This document shows positions 16,045-31,448 of a stretch of 64,000 nt of DNA, in pieces (position 1 is the stretch's first letter; each line of letters begins with the position of its first letter). This DNA comes from the human T2T-CHM13v2.0 reference genome, Homo sapiens: NCBI RefSeq assembly GCF_009914755.1, contig NC_060928.1, one strand, 5' to 3'. The notes beneath the pieces were generated by a model, which did no database searches, was not told the origin of the DNA, and was given only the letters and a program-made list of their open reading frames with translations. A program made the translations under genes and the position numbers.

Positions 16045-19000
16045 AGAACTTTGAAATCCTTCACAACATAGCATTCTATTTGACTGCAAAAACTTGGTCA
16101 AAGTTAGAAGGAGAGATGATACCTATCTGCCATCACAATATTATATTCAAAAGCCATTGAATTGCCTTCTAATTAGTATAAAAAAAGGGAATCTTACTTT
16201 CTGTCCATCTCTTTTGAATCAAGGAATAAAAACACTAAGAGTGCCTCAGAAAGCAATAGTGACTTATTCTTTCTACAGTATGTGGCACAAGGAGTCTTTT
16301 GTAGCCCCATAAAAATCACCTACATTATTTTGCTAGTTCATTCACCAATGTCTTTAAATTTAAAAACAAAAATAACTAAAATATTGTTTAAAATTTATCT
16401 AACTACGTATGAGGTGAAAAAGAGACTAGACAAAACCCAATTTTTTCTTCAATGTTTCTGCATGTAGGGAAGTAATGTAGTCTATTTAGAAAAATGAATT
16501 TAAGTACAGTGACTCAACCAACAAACATTGCAATCCTATTCACTTTCTCCTCTTTTTTTTTTGTAACAGTCTTGCTCTCTTCCCTTCACCATATTGCTAT
16601 TCTACATCCATGCTTACCCCAGCCTACTTTCCCTTTTCTCCCAGGCTTGGATAAATAATGTAACCTATGAATTGAACAGACTTTTCACAATGTGAGAACT
16701 TCCCTCCAATCCAATAACTCAGTATATATTGAACTAATAAACCAAACATGGTAAGAGAACAACCTCTTTCTCAGGTTGATGGAACATATCAGGCATTGGA
16801 AAGTTCCTTTCCATGCAGAGACCCAGTAGAAGTTCCTGTCGGAAATGAGTATCTCTTGGCAGACCAAGGGTACATTCTGTTTGTTTTGCGCTCAGTTCGT
16901 TTTGTTCCTAGAAAGTGATAACATAAAGCACTCAACTATAAACAAGTCAGGTGGTATTTATAGTTATCTGGTAGGCATGAGGCAAAGTGGCAAACTTCCT
17001 TTAAAGAACCAAGCCAAGCTTACCTATGTTGAAATTCATGGTCTAATTTCTCGCTGAACTTCAGTGTGTAGCATTTGCTCATAAATGCAAAATATCTCTA
17101 CTGAATTACAAAATCAGTTCCTTCTTTTCCTTTGAGGATTATGTAAAAGACTTTAGGGAACATAATGGAAAGATGCTGTTAGATAACCAGGATGGGTGAA
17201 GAAATACAAATAAGACTTATGAAACAAGTATAAGATAAGAAGGGGGAAAATGAAAACAAGCTTCCCAGGATGATTTCAGGGAGACTGACGTAATGACAAA
17301 AAAATCCCAAAGATAGGTGTAGCATGTGAATTATATGAATTATATAAACTATATTCACTTCCTAAGGAGTCTGATAACTAATGCTAGGTATAGTTATCAC
17401 CATAAGACTGGCTCTATTTGATTGGTCATACTATAGTAATTAGCAAAATGTTAGGGTTGACTTTGTAATGATGATCTAAAAGATAACATAAAAGTCCCTT
17501 GGTCTGATTTATTGCTAAGAACTGACTCTGCTCCAATCTCCAGCTCCTATCTGCATGCCAATGCCTAGGATGCATGTAGATACGTTCATCAGGGAGCTGA
17601 TGGCATGTTACTTAAAAGGAAATATTATTTTGCACATGAAAATGATTTTTCTTACCTATCTAGTATTGTTACTGGTAACCCAGCAAAGCTTTTTGGTATA
17701 AACAGAATGGAATATAATGAGTAGAAACCAAATAATGCTTGGAAGTGTGCTTTAGTTTTCTTTGAAGAAAATAGCAATGCAGTTTTATGAGTCCAGTTTT
17801 ATCTCAAGGATTTCTACATACTTTGCTATCTTTTATGCTTTGGGGAATGGAGCCAGAATTGTGCCAGCATTGAAGGTCAAACATGAAGTGGAGAGTGGGC
17901 AGCCAAAGAGATCAGCAGTCAAGGTCTGAGCTTTATAATATAGCAGTTGTTCAAAAACAACTCATGTGTGTGACATTTCCCAGTTTTTGCTTTGTCTGCC
18001 ATAAAAAGTGTTGTTGTTCCAGTGATGTTTGTGTAAGTGCTGGATGAGGTAAGAGAAGAGAAAAGAGATGGAGCCTTCTCAGGGGTTCAAGGAATTCTTT
18101 TCTGGCTTAGCTTGAGATGCCAGTGGTTATGAAAAGGCAGTTAAAATCCTGTTGTATGTGTTTTCTTCCCATAATCTTAATTGTCTCCCAGTTTTAAGAC
18201 CAGCTTTTCTGAAACACAAAATGGCAAATCCAAGGGACTGAAATCCTGCATACTCTTCTGAAATACAAATGGAATAATATTTGTATATAAAACAGTTCAA
18301 CATAATATCCATAATTTTCCCTAGATGTTCTAAAAAAAGAAGCTATTACATCATTTGATAACTAGATTTTTTTACTACACAATTAGGAGTATGGGATCCA
18401 ATTTCAAGTTTACTATTACTGTTTTTCAACGTTATTCAAAATGTCCATATTTTGTTTCATTATTTAACTAGATATCATAATATGTTAAGTCCAAATATAT
18501 TTTTAAATAAAATTACTTTAAAAACATATAAATCCATCGTTTGTAAACAAAAAGAAGATATCCACATTAAAGGAACAATAAGTAACAGATTCATGCAGTG
18601 TACTCAGTCTGTCACTGAAAAATGCTGTTTCTTCAAAAGCAAAGATTTCAGTTTTCATTATTATCCTTAGTATTTCAACATATACTTTCTGTAGACATGT
18701 GTTACTTTCATGAATAAATTACATGTTAGAAATCAAGCTTAGAAAGTATTCTTTAACCAATCTTAAGATGTAAGGTTTGGTTTTATTGATATGAATTGGT
18801 TGTCAGGAACATAAAAGATAAATTTATTGATTTTGCTTTCTTCATTTATAGGGAGTTAATCAAATTCTCCTCCTTTCCATCAAATATCACCCACACCTTT
18901 CCACTGTGTCTAAGGGCTGACAGCTAAATGCTTACTTCGAGTTATGTGGTTACTTGAGAAAACCAGGTCATTATTGGAGAAGAGCAAAGTGATGCCTAGA

Positions 19001-20382
19001 GGGACGGATGGGGAAGGAGGGTAGGAATTGCTGAAAAGGGTGAGGGGTAAGGTGCAAAAAAGAACATTACCTATCCCCCAAGTCTGTCTGTGTTTGGGAC
19101 CTTTATTCTCAGTCATATGGCTACTGGAAAGATCTTAGAATCTGTTTTACATAGAATCTCTTTGAAAATATAACATTTATAATCCTTTAGGGCAGCAACT
19201 TTTTTTTTTTCTGACTAGACACTGGTATTTGGGAGACATTAAATAAATGTTTGCTTAATGAGAATGTTACATATTTAAATAGGTGGTACTTTTATTATAG
19301 CCATTATTGTAAATACCTTGATATTTCCATTTGGAATGGTTGCTTCAACAGGTTGAAAAGTAGAGAATCTTAAAGAGTATGTGAAATTAACTTTCAGAAT
19401 ATTCTATCAGTTGAGCCTAGAGTAAGTCAGATGTAACAGATGAAATTAAACGAGCAAATTTCCCAGTTAAAATATCAGTGAAGATATCTGAAGACTTGCA
19501 AATCTGAAATTACAACATGCAATGGTAGTGTTACAATTCAGATGACACTTGGGACATTATCAAATGCACCTTTCATCCTTCACTTTAACTTGGAGAATTA
19601 TTTCAAACTATCCTAAGGGATGGATACGTTAAATTTTAGTATATCATAAGAAGTCTTACTATTCATTATGCAGCCACACTATAAAGCAAAAAAATATAGA
19701 AACATCATGACTTCTCAAAAGATGAACTTGGTATCAGTTCTTCTTTTGAATTTTAGAAACTCATTTAATTCTTTTTAAAAGAAGTAAAATTTTAGCTGTC
19801 TTCCATTTAATTAATAAATAGATAGAAGGTCTAGAAATATGAAGAGTTCAAATAGTCCAAATATGTTGCTATTGTCATATTTTATAATTATGTCCCATTC
19901 TAATTACTCATTACATTTAGATATACCAGATTTAGGGTGATTAATTTACATTTCTCTTAACACCCTCTCTTTCATTTTATTTATGAAAACAAAGGCTCAA
20001 ATGGGTAAATTTCTCTTCCCAAATCACAATAATGATGTGTGGCAGAGCTGAAAGTGCATGTGTGTTTGTGAACTTTTTACTCTTTCTTAGTAGCTGATCA
20101 TTGTGTGATGATTCCTTGAGAATTCTGGATCTTGAAATTATTATTTGAAAATAATAAGATGAATAGGATCAATAAAGGAATTGAATAGTGTTGGATCTCA
20201 TATAGTGTTAATCATGACCCAAAATAATAATCCTATTTGATTATGTGATCCTAGACTTATTAGGAACTTGGATATTAATATTTGAAGGAATTTTTGAAAT
20301 CACTGTTTTGTTTTGTTTTTTTTTTTTTACAATATTCCTCAAGTCAAATAAGTAATTGCAGACTGAAAAAAACTATCTAACT

Positions 20383-20692
20383 CAAGTTGCCTAATAGAAG
20401 TACAGTGCAGGTCATAACTTTGAGCCCTATATTAAATTTCCCAGGAGCCTAATTAAGAATAAAATAGTTAAAATTAATTTTATTCATATATTTTACTTAA
20501 TGGAATATATCTCAAATATTAATTTTAATATGTTATTTATATAAAACTTAATAAGATATTTTAATTTACTTTTTGTACTGACTTCAAAATCTATGTGTAT
20601 TTTACACTTAAAGCACATTTGAATTCAACGAGCCACATTTCACATACTCAATAACCACTTGTAGCTAGTGGCTACCTCTTTGAACAACACAA
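20383..20692 (+). mobile_element. MER33-like hAT-Charlie DNA transposon
   Basis: 'gtgtattttacacttaaagcacat...agccacatttcacatactcaataaccacttgtagctagtggctacc'. Confidence 0.8.
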
Positions 20693-21424
20693 GTCTAAAT
20701 GGTTTGCTCTGCCTCCAGCAGTGAGGGAGAGGAGGGGTTAGAAGGAGTTGATTAGCAGCTTGCTATGGAGAGATGTTTAGAAGAAGGAGTTGGCATAGGG
20801 TATTAAAACATATGAAAGGCTGACACTTCATTTCATAAATGAGGACAGTGGGGTGCAGAGGTATTGAGCAGCCTGTCTAAGAGGCCAGAACTGTAGAAGT
20901 GGCTGAGATGGAAACAGAGCTCAGTTCATCTTGTAATTTTATACTTTTTCCATTATAGTATATGTCTTCTCTGGGATAACAGAAATCAGTATTTAATGCT
21001 AGGAAAATCATCCTTCTACATAAAGGTTCCATAGAGCAGAAGCCTCCTTACTTTCTGGGAATATCCATGATTATTGGAAGAAAAACCTCTATTTGATTTG
21101 TTTACCCAGGTGACTTCCTTTTGATGGATGTGTTATATTAATAACCACACTTTGATGTTGATGTAACAGCATGGCACCTCATGATTTTATTGAAAGAAAA
21201 CATTTCCCCTGAGAAATACACATGAATTGCTATTAAATTGTTATTTTTTTGTATTATATGTAACACATATTCTAAATATAAAATTTAAGTATAAGTGAAA
21301 GTGACTCTACTATTTGTATTTACTATTTCATAATATCTCCTTAATAAATTCTATAATTGCAGAAATTATAGATGTTTTGCATATTGTGGCCTGCAAAAGT
21401 AACTATTTTTTAAAACAAAATAAA

Positions 21425-22060
21425 TTTATTTTATTTGTTCATTCAAATAATCTCTATTTAACCCTAAATGTGTGCTAAATAACTTGTTTCATGATGGGAG
21501 TCAAATTAGGATAAGGTATCATGGTTTGAGCCTCATAGAGCTATCATTTTATTTGGGAAAACCATTAATAACTAAAAATAAATAGTATAGTTATAAACCA
21601 TGTTAAGTGTTGTAAAGAAAAATAAAATCATGTACTGAAATAGACAATTAAAGGATAGGTTGGCAAATTTCCTCTAGGTAGAGAGGTCCAGGGTGAGAGG
21701 AGGGAACAACAGTAGGTGCAAAGACGCTGGGGTAGCAAAGAACTTAGTGGGTTATGGGCACTGAAAGGAGGTCAGTTTGGCTGAAGCAGATTCACTGCAG
21801 TGAGAAGGGCTAGAGAAGAGTCTGTGGCTAGAGGCAGGGGCCAGGTAATTCAGACTCTTGTTAAGGATATATTGTTTTTTCCCAGCATGTAATGGAAAAA
21901 CCTATTGAAGAGTTTTAAGAAAGGGAGTGACATGATCTGATTTATGTTTAAATAATTCACTGTGCACATTGTGTACAGAATGGATTTCAGTAGAGCATGA
22001 AAGGAGCAGGAATACTAGTTATGAAAGCCATTGTGTTCTCCACGTGAGAAGAGGGAGATG
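21425..22060 (-). mobile_element. L2 LINE fragment
   Basis: antisense L2 'ttcattcaaataatctctattta...gagttttaagaaagggagtgacatgatctgatttatgtttaaa'. Confidence 0.8.
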
Positions 22061-22704
22061 GGGCATTCACCTTTCAAAGAAAAAGATCTAGAAGACACAG
22101 CACATTCAAATTTTTCTATGGAATAAAGTTTGTATTAATGTGCCTTAGAGAAATCATGTATCTTCCTTTGGAAGGCTAAAAGCCCACAAAATATTTTAGA
22201 TCACACATGGCAAAGTATTTTCATAATCCAGGAATTTCTGTGCTAAGCTACTCACTTGAAGAACTTGTGCTGCTTCTCTTTCATGATGTGGTTTTCATAA
22301 ATATGCTTTTCATGCAAGGAATACGTAATATGCTACGCTTATTCAACTCTTTTAGCAACTCCCATGAAGACAAAACAAAACAAAAAATTCACAGGGCAAT
22401 GTATTCAAATTGATGCATGCCTTGAAAAACGTTTTTCGTTTTGCTTTTTGGTCATTTTTTATTGAAAGAATGTAAAAATGCACGCTCAAATCAGACTTTC
22501 TTTTCCAGAAGTCTCATTGGCAAGTGATGGCTAAAAAGGATGAATATGATCTTAGAGTGACTTTTACAGGACAAAAGAATATACTCATTTTTGTCAAAAC
22601 ATAGCAGTATTTTAATGACTTGTTACATATTTTTACTTTATTCATTTTTGATTAATTATTCTTAACATTCTAAAGAGACTTTTATTTCACTCTTTTATTC
22701 ACGT

Positions 22705-22878
22705 CTATATTTTTAATTTATTGTATTGCTTTCCATTTCTCAACTGGAATGTAACTACCATGGAAGTGAAATTATAACTGTTCTGTGCAAGGTTGTAATC
22801 TTAGGAACTTAGAGTTCTTTCTGTATAATAGGTGCTCAATAAATATTTGTTAAATAAGTAAATGAATGAATGAACAAA
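22705..22878 (+). mobile_element. L2 3' end
   Basis: 'taggtgctcaataaatatttgttaaataagtaaatgaatgaatgaa'. Confidence 0.8.
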
Positions 22879-22996
22879 CACTTGAAAATAACTGTGGTAT
22901 TTTGAATACATCAAAAGCTGTTTAGTAGAGAACTATTTTCCTGGTATTATATGCAACAACTTCATCTTCTTCCCTTTAACTAACTTTATATTGAAA

Positions 22997-23184
22997 TAGG
23001 GATTTTCAACTCAGTACTATTGGAATTAGAGGCTGGGCAATTATTTGCTATTGGTGTGTCCTGTGCGTTGTAGGGTGTCTGGCAGCATCCCTGGCTTCTA
23101 CGCGCTAGATGCTTGGCAACCCCCAGTTGTAACAACCAAAAATCTCTCCAGATGTTGCCAAATTCTCCCAGTTGAGAACCACTG
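22997..23184 (-). mobile_element. MER20 hAT DNA transposon
   Basis: 'gtcctgtgcgttgtagggtgtctggcagcatccctggcttcta...gttgagaaccactg' terminal repeat; imperfect 8-bp TSD tattgaaa/tattaaat. Confidence 0.9.
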
Positions 23185-26039
23185 TATTAAATATTTTCAC
23201 AGTATGCAACTAATGATGTTAAAAATACCTAGATTGTGAGCTATTGTATACTGAATTTTGGCATTTTCTGTATGGAATGTTTCATTCAAATATTTTAAAT
23301 TAATTAATTAAAATATATTATAGTATATTTTATCAAGTAGGTAAACATAAAAGGAAATAACTTCCCTGTGATGATTTTTCCACTTGGAAAAGCTATTTCG
23401 AGGGTTTGCAGGTCCTCCAAAACTATTTTCAATAAGACTACTGTCCTTTGCTAGCCACAAAATATTAGCATATGAATCCAACTTTCCACAGTGGGAGCCT
23501 AGAAATTTCCTAGGAGGCAAAACTGGTTCAACTGCAGTCATTATGCAGAACTATTACTTGCATAGGAAAAAGGACAGAGAGCAGAGATTAGTGAACAGCC
23601 CACAAAGGCCCAATGTTTTTCTAAGACTTACGGAAGATAGCCAGAGACTTTCTGCGTGATAGAGCTTTTAGGGAGATGTTTACATTGCTATTTCCAGAAT
23701 TTTATCTTTTTTAATTGATCAAAGGAAACCATAGTACATAGATAAAACTCTGCATGGAACATGAAAAAGAAAGCAGTATTTGAAGGGAAAAATTTGTCAT
23801 ATCTCACGTAATTTCCCAAGCTAGATCTGATAATCAAAGCTAATGACCACACAGATTGCAATTAATCTCAGCATTCTGATTAAAACGCAAAAATTTAAGA
23901 GCAGATTTGGGTGGCAGTTGAGAGAAGGTGATTTCAAAGCTCATAGAGTGATTATTCACTCCTCCACCAACTATTTTGTTGTGCTCAGGCAAGTATGTTG
24001 ATTGGATAAATCAATAAAGCATAATTCTGTTTTTGGGAGGGAGCTGTAGACATATCATTGGTGCTCCATAGACACATTTTCACATAAAAAATGTAATGAT
24101 TTTGATATTCCCTCCTCTCCACCTATTGCAATACCACCTTTTAAACTCAGGTAATTCATATATTAGTCTATATTCAAATTATTTTATTAATCTGATTCCA
24201 AATTAAGAGGTTAAGAATGAAAGGAAATAGAATAGTGATGGATGCATAAGTCCAGAATTATGTAATGCATTTTCTCATACTTAATTCTCAGTGGTTTTAA
24301 TTCAGCTGAGTTGGAGAATCAAACAGTGGCCTATCTCTTCCTACCATGGCAATTTCTGAATGTTTTTCTCTTGGCGTCCTATTCTAAATTCCTCAGTTCT
24401 TGATGAAAAGCAATTTCAGTTTGGATTTTAGAGAAAAATCTTGCAATGTGCATTTTAAGGTGACACTGAGAGATTTATTTTTGATTAATCATGATTACCT
24501 CACTGCATTAACTTGCTCTATTTTAATGTCTAATATGTTAGGGATTATTTTATCTTTCAAGCTAATAAAAATGCACCCTCAGTAACATGAGCAAAATGCT
24601 GCTTTTTAAAATGTACCAGCCAATTTATTTTGTTCTGCCTTTTGGTACTGTGAGGAAATAAACTGCTTAATCATAGTAAACAAATAAATATGTTTCATTT
24701 TTAGAAGAAACTAAGGTTAGATTTTTACATAATTAACATAGCCTTTTGTCCTCTATTAATTTGGGGGATAAGAAAAATCACATAATAAATTGTCTTTGGT
24801 GAAGATTATTTATTTGAAGTGCTGACTATTTAGAAGCATATGGAGGTGGTTGACCACCTTGAAAATTCACCTGTAGTGGGACTGTTATTCTTTTTCCTAT
24901 CTGCTGCCGACAGTTGCAGCTTAGCTGTGACGCACTTACCATCCTTGATACCTCCCTTCATATAAGAGCTTACTAACTTTATTATTTAATGACATTATAG
25001 GTATAAAAATGTTTCTTAAGTTTTCCAAAGCATCCTTGTAAAGAAAATTTAAATACTTAACATCTTTATTTTTAATACATAGATATTAGATGTGTAAAGG
25101 AAACTAGTTAAGGCCTAATTTAAGGGAATCAGAATGCTCCTAGGCTTCTCACTCCTCAGCTGACAGTCAAACTGAAACCAAAATTGTCATCAGTAGTACA
25201 ATGTGGGTGACATATATTAGAAAACTTGATGTAAATATAGCAGAAGATTTATTCATTCATTCATTCTCTCATTTCATATTTCAGTTTCTCATATGTTTCT
25301 AGTACTGTGCTAAGCGCTAGTGATACATTTATGAGATTGCACTAATGGTTCATTAATGTGTCTGCACAAAGTCAGGTAATTAGGTTACTGAAGGATGATG
25401 GACTAGGCTCTCTGAATCAATTAAGCGTTGATTTTTTTTTTAATCTTTGAAGTCTAAGTTTTTATTAGTACAGCAGCATATCTTATTATTTGACTAAGTT
25501 GCTGCCTGGTAATGAGCAAAAAGAATACTCATTCACCTTCCCCAGTATTTTTAGAATTGCTAAAAATGTTTGCAAGTCCTGAAAAGGCAGGTCAGTAATT
25601 ATCATGTCCTTTGGGCAGAATGCAGTCTGTAGAACAAGATGTTGCCCTAGACTGCAAAAACTGATGACGTCAAAACTGGACTGGAATTTGAGATTTCCTG
25701 TTTTTCAGTAACAGGCTTAGATAACTCATTAGGCTTGAATGAGATGCTTTGAACTGTGGTGACTACAGTAATGTTCCCCTCTGCATGTTGAAGTGACAAG
25801 TGCCTCCTTGGCCTATTGCTGATCCTGCCTGCTGTAGAAATCTCCAGCTGTCCAATATTTGGAAGAAAACTGTGAGTATATCTTTAACAAGATCTAAATG
25901 AGACAAATCACTAAAGAATTATCCATGTTCAATAAACAAATGAAAAATCCCTTTATTTAATAGTAAGTAAACTTGAAATTACATGATTGAAATTAACTTT
26001 GGTAACCAGCCATAGGGCACTTGGCAAGATAAATTCTAT

Positions 26040-26780
<741 letters not shown>

Positions 26781-26914
26781 CAGAAAATGAGAGATGACTT
26801 TTGTCTCTCAAATTGGAAAATGTATTTTTAATCATAATATATTGACATAGCTTTAGGGAAATATATATATAGTTAGAGTTTAATCTAATATACTCTTTCC
26901 AGATGGGAAGTCCA

Positions 26915-27415
26915 CAATGTACCTCAAAACTCAAGTGTCTGTTCTCTTTGACCTAGCAATTCCAAAAAAGTGGATTTATTCTAAGGAAATAATCAGAGAA
27001 GTATACAAATATGTTCTTACATGATGTTAACATGGTTTTGTTTATAAGTAAATAGGAATAATAAAATATCTTCATATATGGGAATGATTAAATAGATTAT
27101 CTTGCATTCATACAACAAGAGCTATTATGTAGTCCTTTAAACTTATGTAAGAATGCTCAATGAAATGGAAAATGCTTATGAGTCATTGTTAAATTTTTAA
27201 AAAGCTGATACTATACATTATGTACAGTAAACTCTCACCTATTTAAAATATATTATACACGTGTATCGTGGAAATGAAGATATACAGGGGAATGTTTATA
27301 GATTTTTTCTGTTCAATGTGATTACATATAGGAGATTTAAGTTTTCTTCTGTGTGTTTTTCTGTGCATTTCTCAATTTCTACAAAGAATATGTGTTGTTT
27401 AGCAACAACAAAAAA
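26915..27415 (+). mobile_element. L1ME-like fragment
   Basis: 'ctttgacctagcaattcca...atttattctaaggaaataatcagagaagtatacaaa'. Confidence 0.7.
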
Positions 27416-27799
27416 GTACATCTCAGTCTGAAAAGGTTACAGGGAACAATAGGGTTGGAGGTGTGTTCAGTAATCAGCGTTTATGGAGATTGTGATGAAT
27501 TCCTGCAAGAATTATACTTATTTATGGTAGCTGACCTTTTCTGATTCTCTTTGGAACCCCCTCAGGAACCATCTTCATCTCCCTTCTTCCCACTGGAGTT
27601 ATTTCAAAGACTTTCAGCAAGTGGAAAATTACAACATTTATGTCATGGGTGGTATTCTCAGTTATTCAGATTCAGATGCAAAAAAATGTTTTGAATACCT
27701 ACTATGTGCCAAACACCTTATGAAATATCTTCAGTCTTTGGGGCATCAGACCTCAAAGGGGCATTTAGGATTTCCATAGATAAAGGAAAAGATAGGCCA

Positions 27800-28100
27800 G
27801 GCCGGGCGCGGTGGCTCACGCCTGTAATCCCAGCACTTTGGAAGGCCAAGGCGGGCAGATCATGAGGTCAGGAGATCGAGACCATCCTGGCTAACACAGC
27901 GAAACCCTGTCTCTACTAAAATACAAAAAAATTAACTGGGCGTGGTTGCGGGTGCCTGTAGTCCCAGCTACTCGGGAGGCTGAGGCAGGAGAATGGCGTG
28001 AACTCAGGATGGGGAGCTTGTAGTGAGCCGAGATCGGGCCACTGCACTCCAGCCTGGGCGACAGAGCGAGACTCCATTTCAAAAAAAAAAAGGAAAAGAA
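27800..28100 (+). mobile_element. AluY
   Basis: 'gagatcgagaccatcctggctaacac', 'gaatggcgtgaac'; TSD-like aaagga(a/t)aagata at 27782-27794 and 28101-28113. Confidence 0.95.
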
Positions 28101-28204
28101 AAAGGATAAGATAAAGATTTTTTAAGATCGAAGTATAGTCTAGAATCTACTACCAATTAGCTTTGTAACTTACTTGAACAAGTTACACTCTTCTGAGCCC
28201 TTAT

Positions 28205-28530
28205 ATTTACTCATTTATTCAATATTTATTCATTCAGCAAATATTGGGTAAGTATGAACTAACTGACAGGCACTATTCCAAGCCCCAGGGATAGACCAGT
28301 GAACAACTCAAAGTCACTCTTCTCACTGTAGTCAAGTGAGACTGACATTATATAAATACATAAATGTGTAATGTTCTAGATAGAGTTAAGTGCTATGGTG
28401 AAAACTTAAACCAGCAAGGGAATAAGAAAGGCTGGAGCCAGGGAAGAAAATAATTGCTGCTTTATGAAGAATTGCCAGAGAAAGACTGATCAGATGACAT
28501 TTAAGAAAAGACTTGAAGAGTTTGAGAGAC
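28205..28530 (-). mobile_element. L2 fragment (flanked by MIR-like pieces)
   Basis: 'ttattcattcagcaaatattgg...caggcactattccaagccccagggatagaccagtgaacaa'. Confidence 0.75.
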
Positions 28531-28905
28531 AATAATAATACAGACCTTACTTCCTTCATGGATTGCTAGAACTTTATGAAAGGTCTTTGCAAATGTGGAA
28601 GGGTATCTGCAGTTCTCTCAAGTTTGATTTGTCTTTGGTGAGAGAGGGCCTGAGTTTACTTCCCTCTATCTAAGGACATTCTCCCTTTGGAGATGGAGTA
28701 GATGTTATCTATAGAAACACATGGATGAGAATAATAGAGTCTGTATCAGGGCCAGAATGGTCAGATGATTTCCATTCTGCCTAAACTGAATTAATGAGAT
28801 ATAGAGATCAACATTCGCTATAGAGAGCTATGTATTCTGCATCAAATGTCCTTTAAGTTTCTTTTATTTTAGCCACAAAGATTTTCCAAAATACCAAGGA
28901 TCGTC

Positions 28906-29008
28906 AAAAAGAAAGAAAGAGAGAGAGAGGGAGGGAGGGAGGAACGGAGGGAGGAAGGGAGAGAGAGAAAGAGAGAAAGAGAGAAAAAGAGAGAAAGAGA
29001 AAGAAAAC
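28906..29008. repeat. Polypurine (GAAA/GA/GGGA)n tract
   Basis: direct reading. Confidence 0.9.
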
Positions 29009-29265
29009 CACAATCTTACACTTCACTGGTATCAGGTCACCAGTTGTCACTAAAAAAATATCATGCAGGAATCATCTCCGTACCCCTTCCCTAATATCAT
29101 TAATACATTTCATTCATTTGAATCTGTCCCAGATATTTCTCTGTGCATTTAGCTATATTCACATATATCACAGCCACTCTGGGATGAATTTTAAATCATA
29201 AAGAAGGAAATGTTTCTGAAAACTGTCAAGCATTATTTTCTTTTCTTTTCTTTTTTTTTTTTTTA

Positions 29266-29382
29266 AGAAACTTGGCACGGCGTAGCTATGGCTCCAACAC
29301 CTGGGCTAAATGAGGAAGTATCAAAAATACTTCCTCATTTAGCCCAGGTGTTGGAGCCATAGCTACGCCGTGCCAACTTTCT
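29266..29382. repeat. Perfect inverted repeat: 50-bp arms with a 5-nt loop
   Basis: 29272-29321 is the exact reverse complement of 29327-29376; loop caaaa; extends 5 bp further after one C-C mismatch. Confidence 0.97.
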
Positions 29383-30047
29383 CAGGGTTTAGCCCCTTGG
29401 TCTTGGGCTTTCCCTCAGGTGTTGATGGGGCTCAAGTGAGACAGAATATGAAAGTGCATGATGCCTGGTGCTGGCTGCAGACCAACGAAAATCTCTGGGC
29501 CTTGGTGTTTATACAGGTGTGCCTCTAACTGTCTGTGGGTCTGCAGTTATAAAACAGAAGCCACAAAATGTGCCAGAGGTAGGGGAAAGCTAAGGAGCGA
29601 ATGAAAATTTCTAAACTCTTTAAAGATTTCTTCTATTTAAGAGCCTTCTTTGTCTTTAACATAAATTCTAATATGTTGTTTATAATGAATGAGCAGAAAG
29701 TGTCTTATTCAAGTGTATGCTCAAAAATATGAATTGAATTGAAAAAGGCAGAAAGGAGAGAAAAGAGGAAAAGAATAAAACAGGGAGAGGAGACTGTTGT
29801 AATATATAAGACTTTCAGACATAAATACGGTATGCTAATATGGAATTTTTTTAAGGATGCCAATTACCTAATGCATCTCTATTTTTGTCAATAAAGGCAA
29901 CAAGTTGAATGTTACCTGTTAGGGCAACCAGCCAAACAGTTTCCATGCTGACCACTACTTCTTTGTGGTCCACTGACATTATAAATATAGCCTAGTCTCT
30001 GTGAGACTTTATTGTATTTATTATTTACATATAAACATAAACAATAG

Positions 30048-30423
<376 letters not shown>

Positions 30424-30494
30424 AGTACTCAATGTTTTTAAATATGAATTTATTAATATAATTAAACCCGAGGACTTTCTTTAGTTAGAGAGAT

Positions 30495-30705
30495 AGCACA
30501 GGCTGCTTAGGTTTGAATCCTGGCTCTCTACCTACTCCCTGTGTGACCTTCAACTTCTTAGCCTTTTTGTGACTCTGATTCCTCATCTGTAAAACAAGAG
30601 TAAGAGTATTACCTCCAGCAAAGGATGGTTGTGATGATTCAATACATTATGTTTCTAAAATGCTTAGTATCTAGTAAAGTGCTAGGATAAATTTGCTATT
30701 ATTTA
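30495..30705 (+). mobile_element. MIR
   Basis: 'ggtttgaatcctggctctacctactccctgtgtgacctt...ttcctcatctgtaaaa'. Confidence 0.85.
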
Positions 30706-31246
30706 ATAAGGATTGAATAAATATGCTCTGAAATGGGACCCCTATAAAATTATCTATTTTGCTAAATGTAAACTGAACAATAGAAATAGAATATATGGGG
30801 TATTGCCATCAACTGAATTTTCTCTTCATTGAGAAATTAGTGAACATCATTAGCCAGGAGGAGCAATAGTGTTGTTTCCGTTTTATTCTGGAATGTATGC
30901 CTCCATTACACTGTCCTCGTCCAATTGATCCTCCTTTATGTACCCCCAGAATATTCTGGAATAAGAGTATTACTCTGTTTCAGAACTGAGTTTTTATCAC
31001 TGCTTTTGAAAATGTTTCAAGTTCACTATCAGTTGAGTAATTACTGATTTTTAAGACAATTTTATTTTCCTTTAATATGTTTTGCATAATACATATAAAA
31101 TTTTTATTAATTAATCTGGAATGACTTCAGTTGTTTTCTAACACAAGGGCTTCTTTGTTTTTTGTGCCTTCTCTGCTCTTCCCATTATCACAATTGGGAA
31201 GGCAACTCCATGCATTCCTTCATGACTAAGTTAGATTTTTTTACAG

Positions 31247-31448
31247 TTTTAGATCATTTTTAATTGACACATAATAATTGCACATATTAATGGGACACAG
31301 TGTGATGTCTTAATGGATATATACATTGTATAATGATTAAATCAGCAGGGTATCTTGCATATCCATCATGTCAAGCATTTATCATTTCTTTGTTGTAAAA
31401 ATATTCAAAATTCTTTCTCATAGTTACTTTGAAATATATGATGAAATA
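31247..31448 (-). mobile_element. L1MA 3'UTR fragment
   Basis: 'taattgacacataataattgcacatattaatgggacacagtgtgatg...atttatcatttctttg'. Confidence 0.8.

Noticed and set aside
25709-25871. Plus-strand exon-like segment (tttttcag| ... act|gtgagt)
   Set aside because: No coding signal or supporting neighbours; cannot be judged without transcript data.
29266-29382. Calling the hairpin a known miRNA, a MITE or an intrinsic terminator
   Set aside because: I do not recognise a mature miRNA sequence, see no TSD or known terminal repeat, and bacterial terminator logic does not apply.
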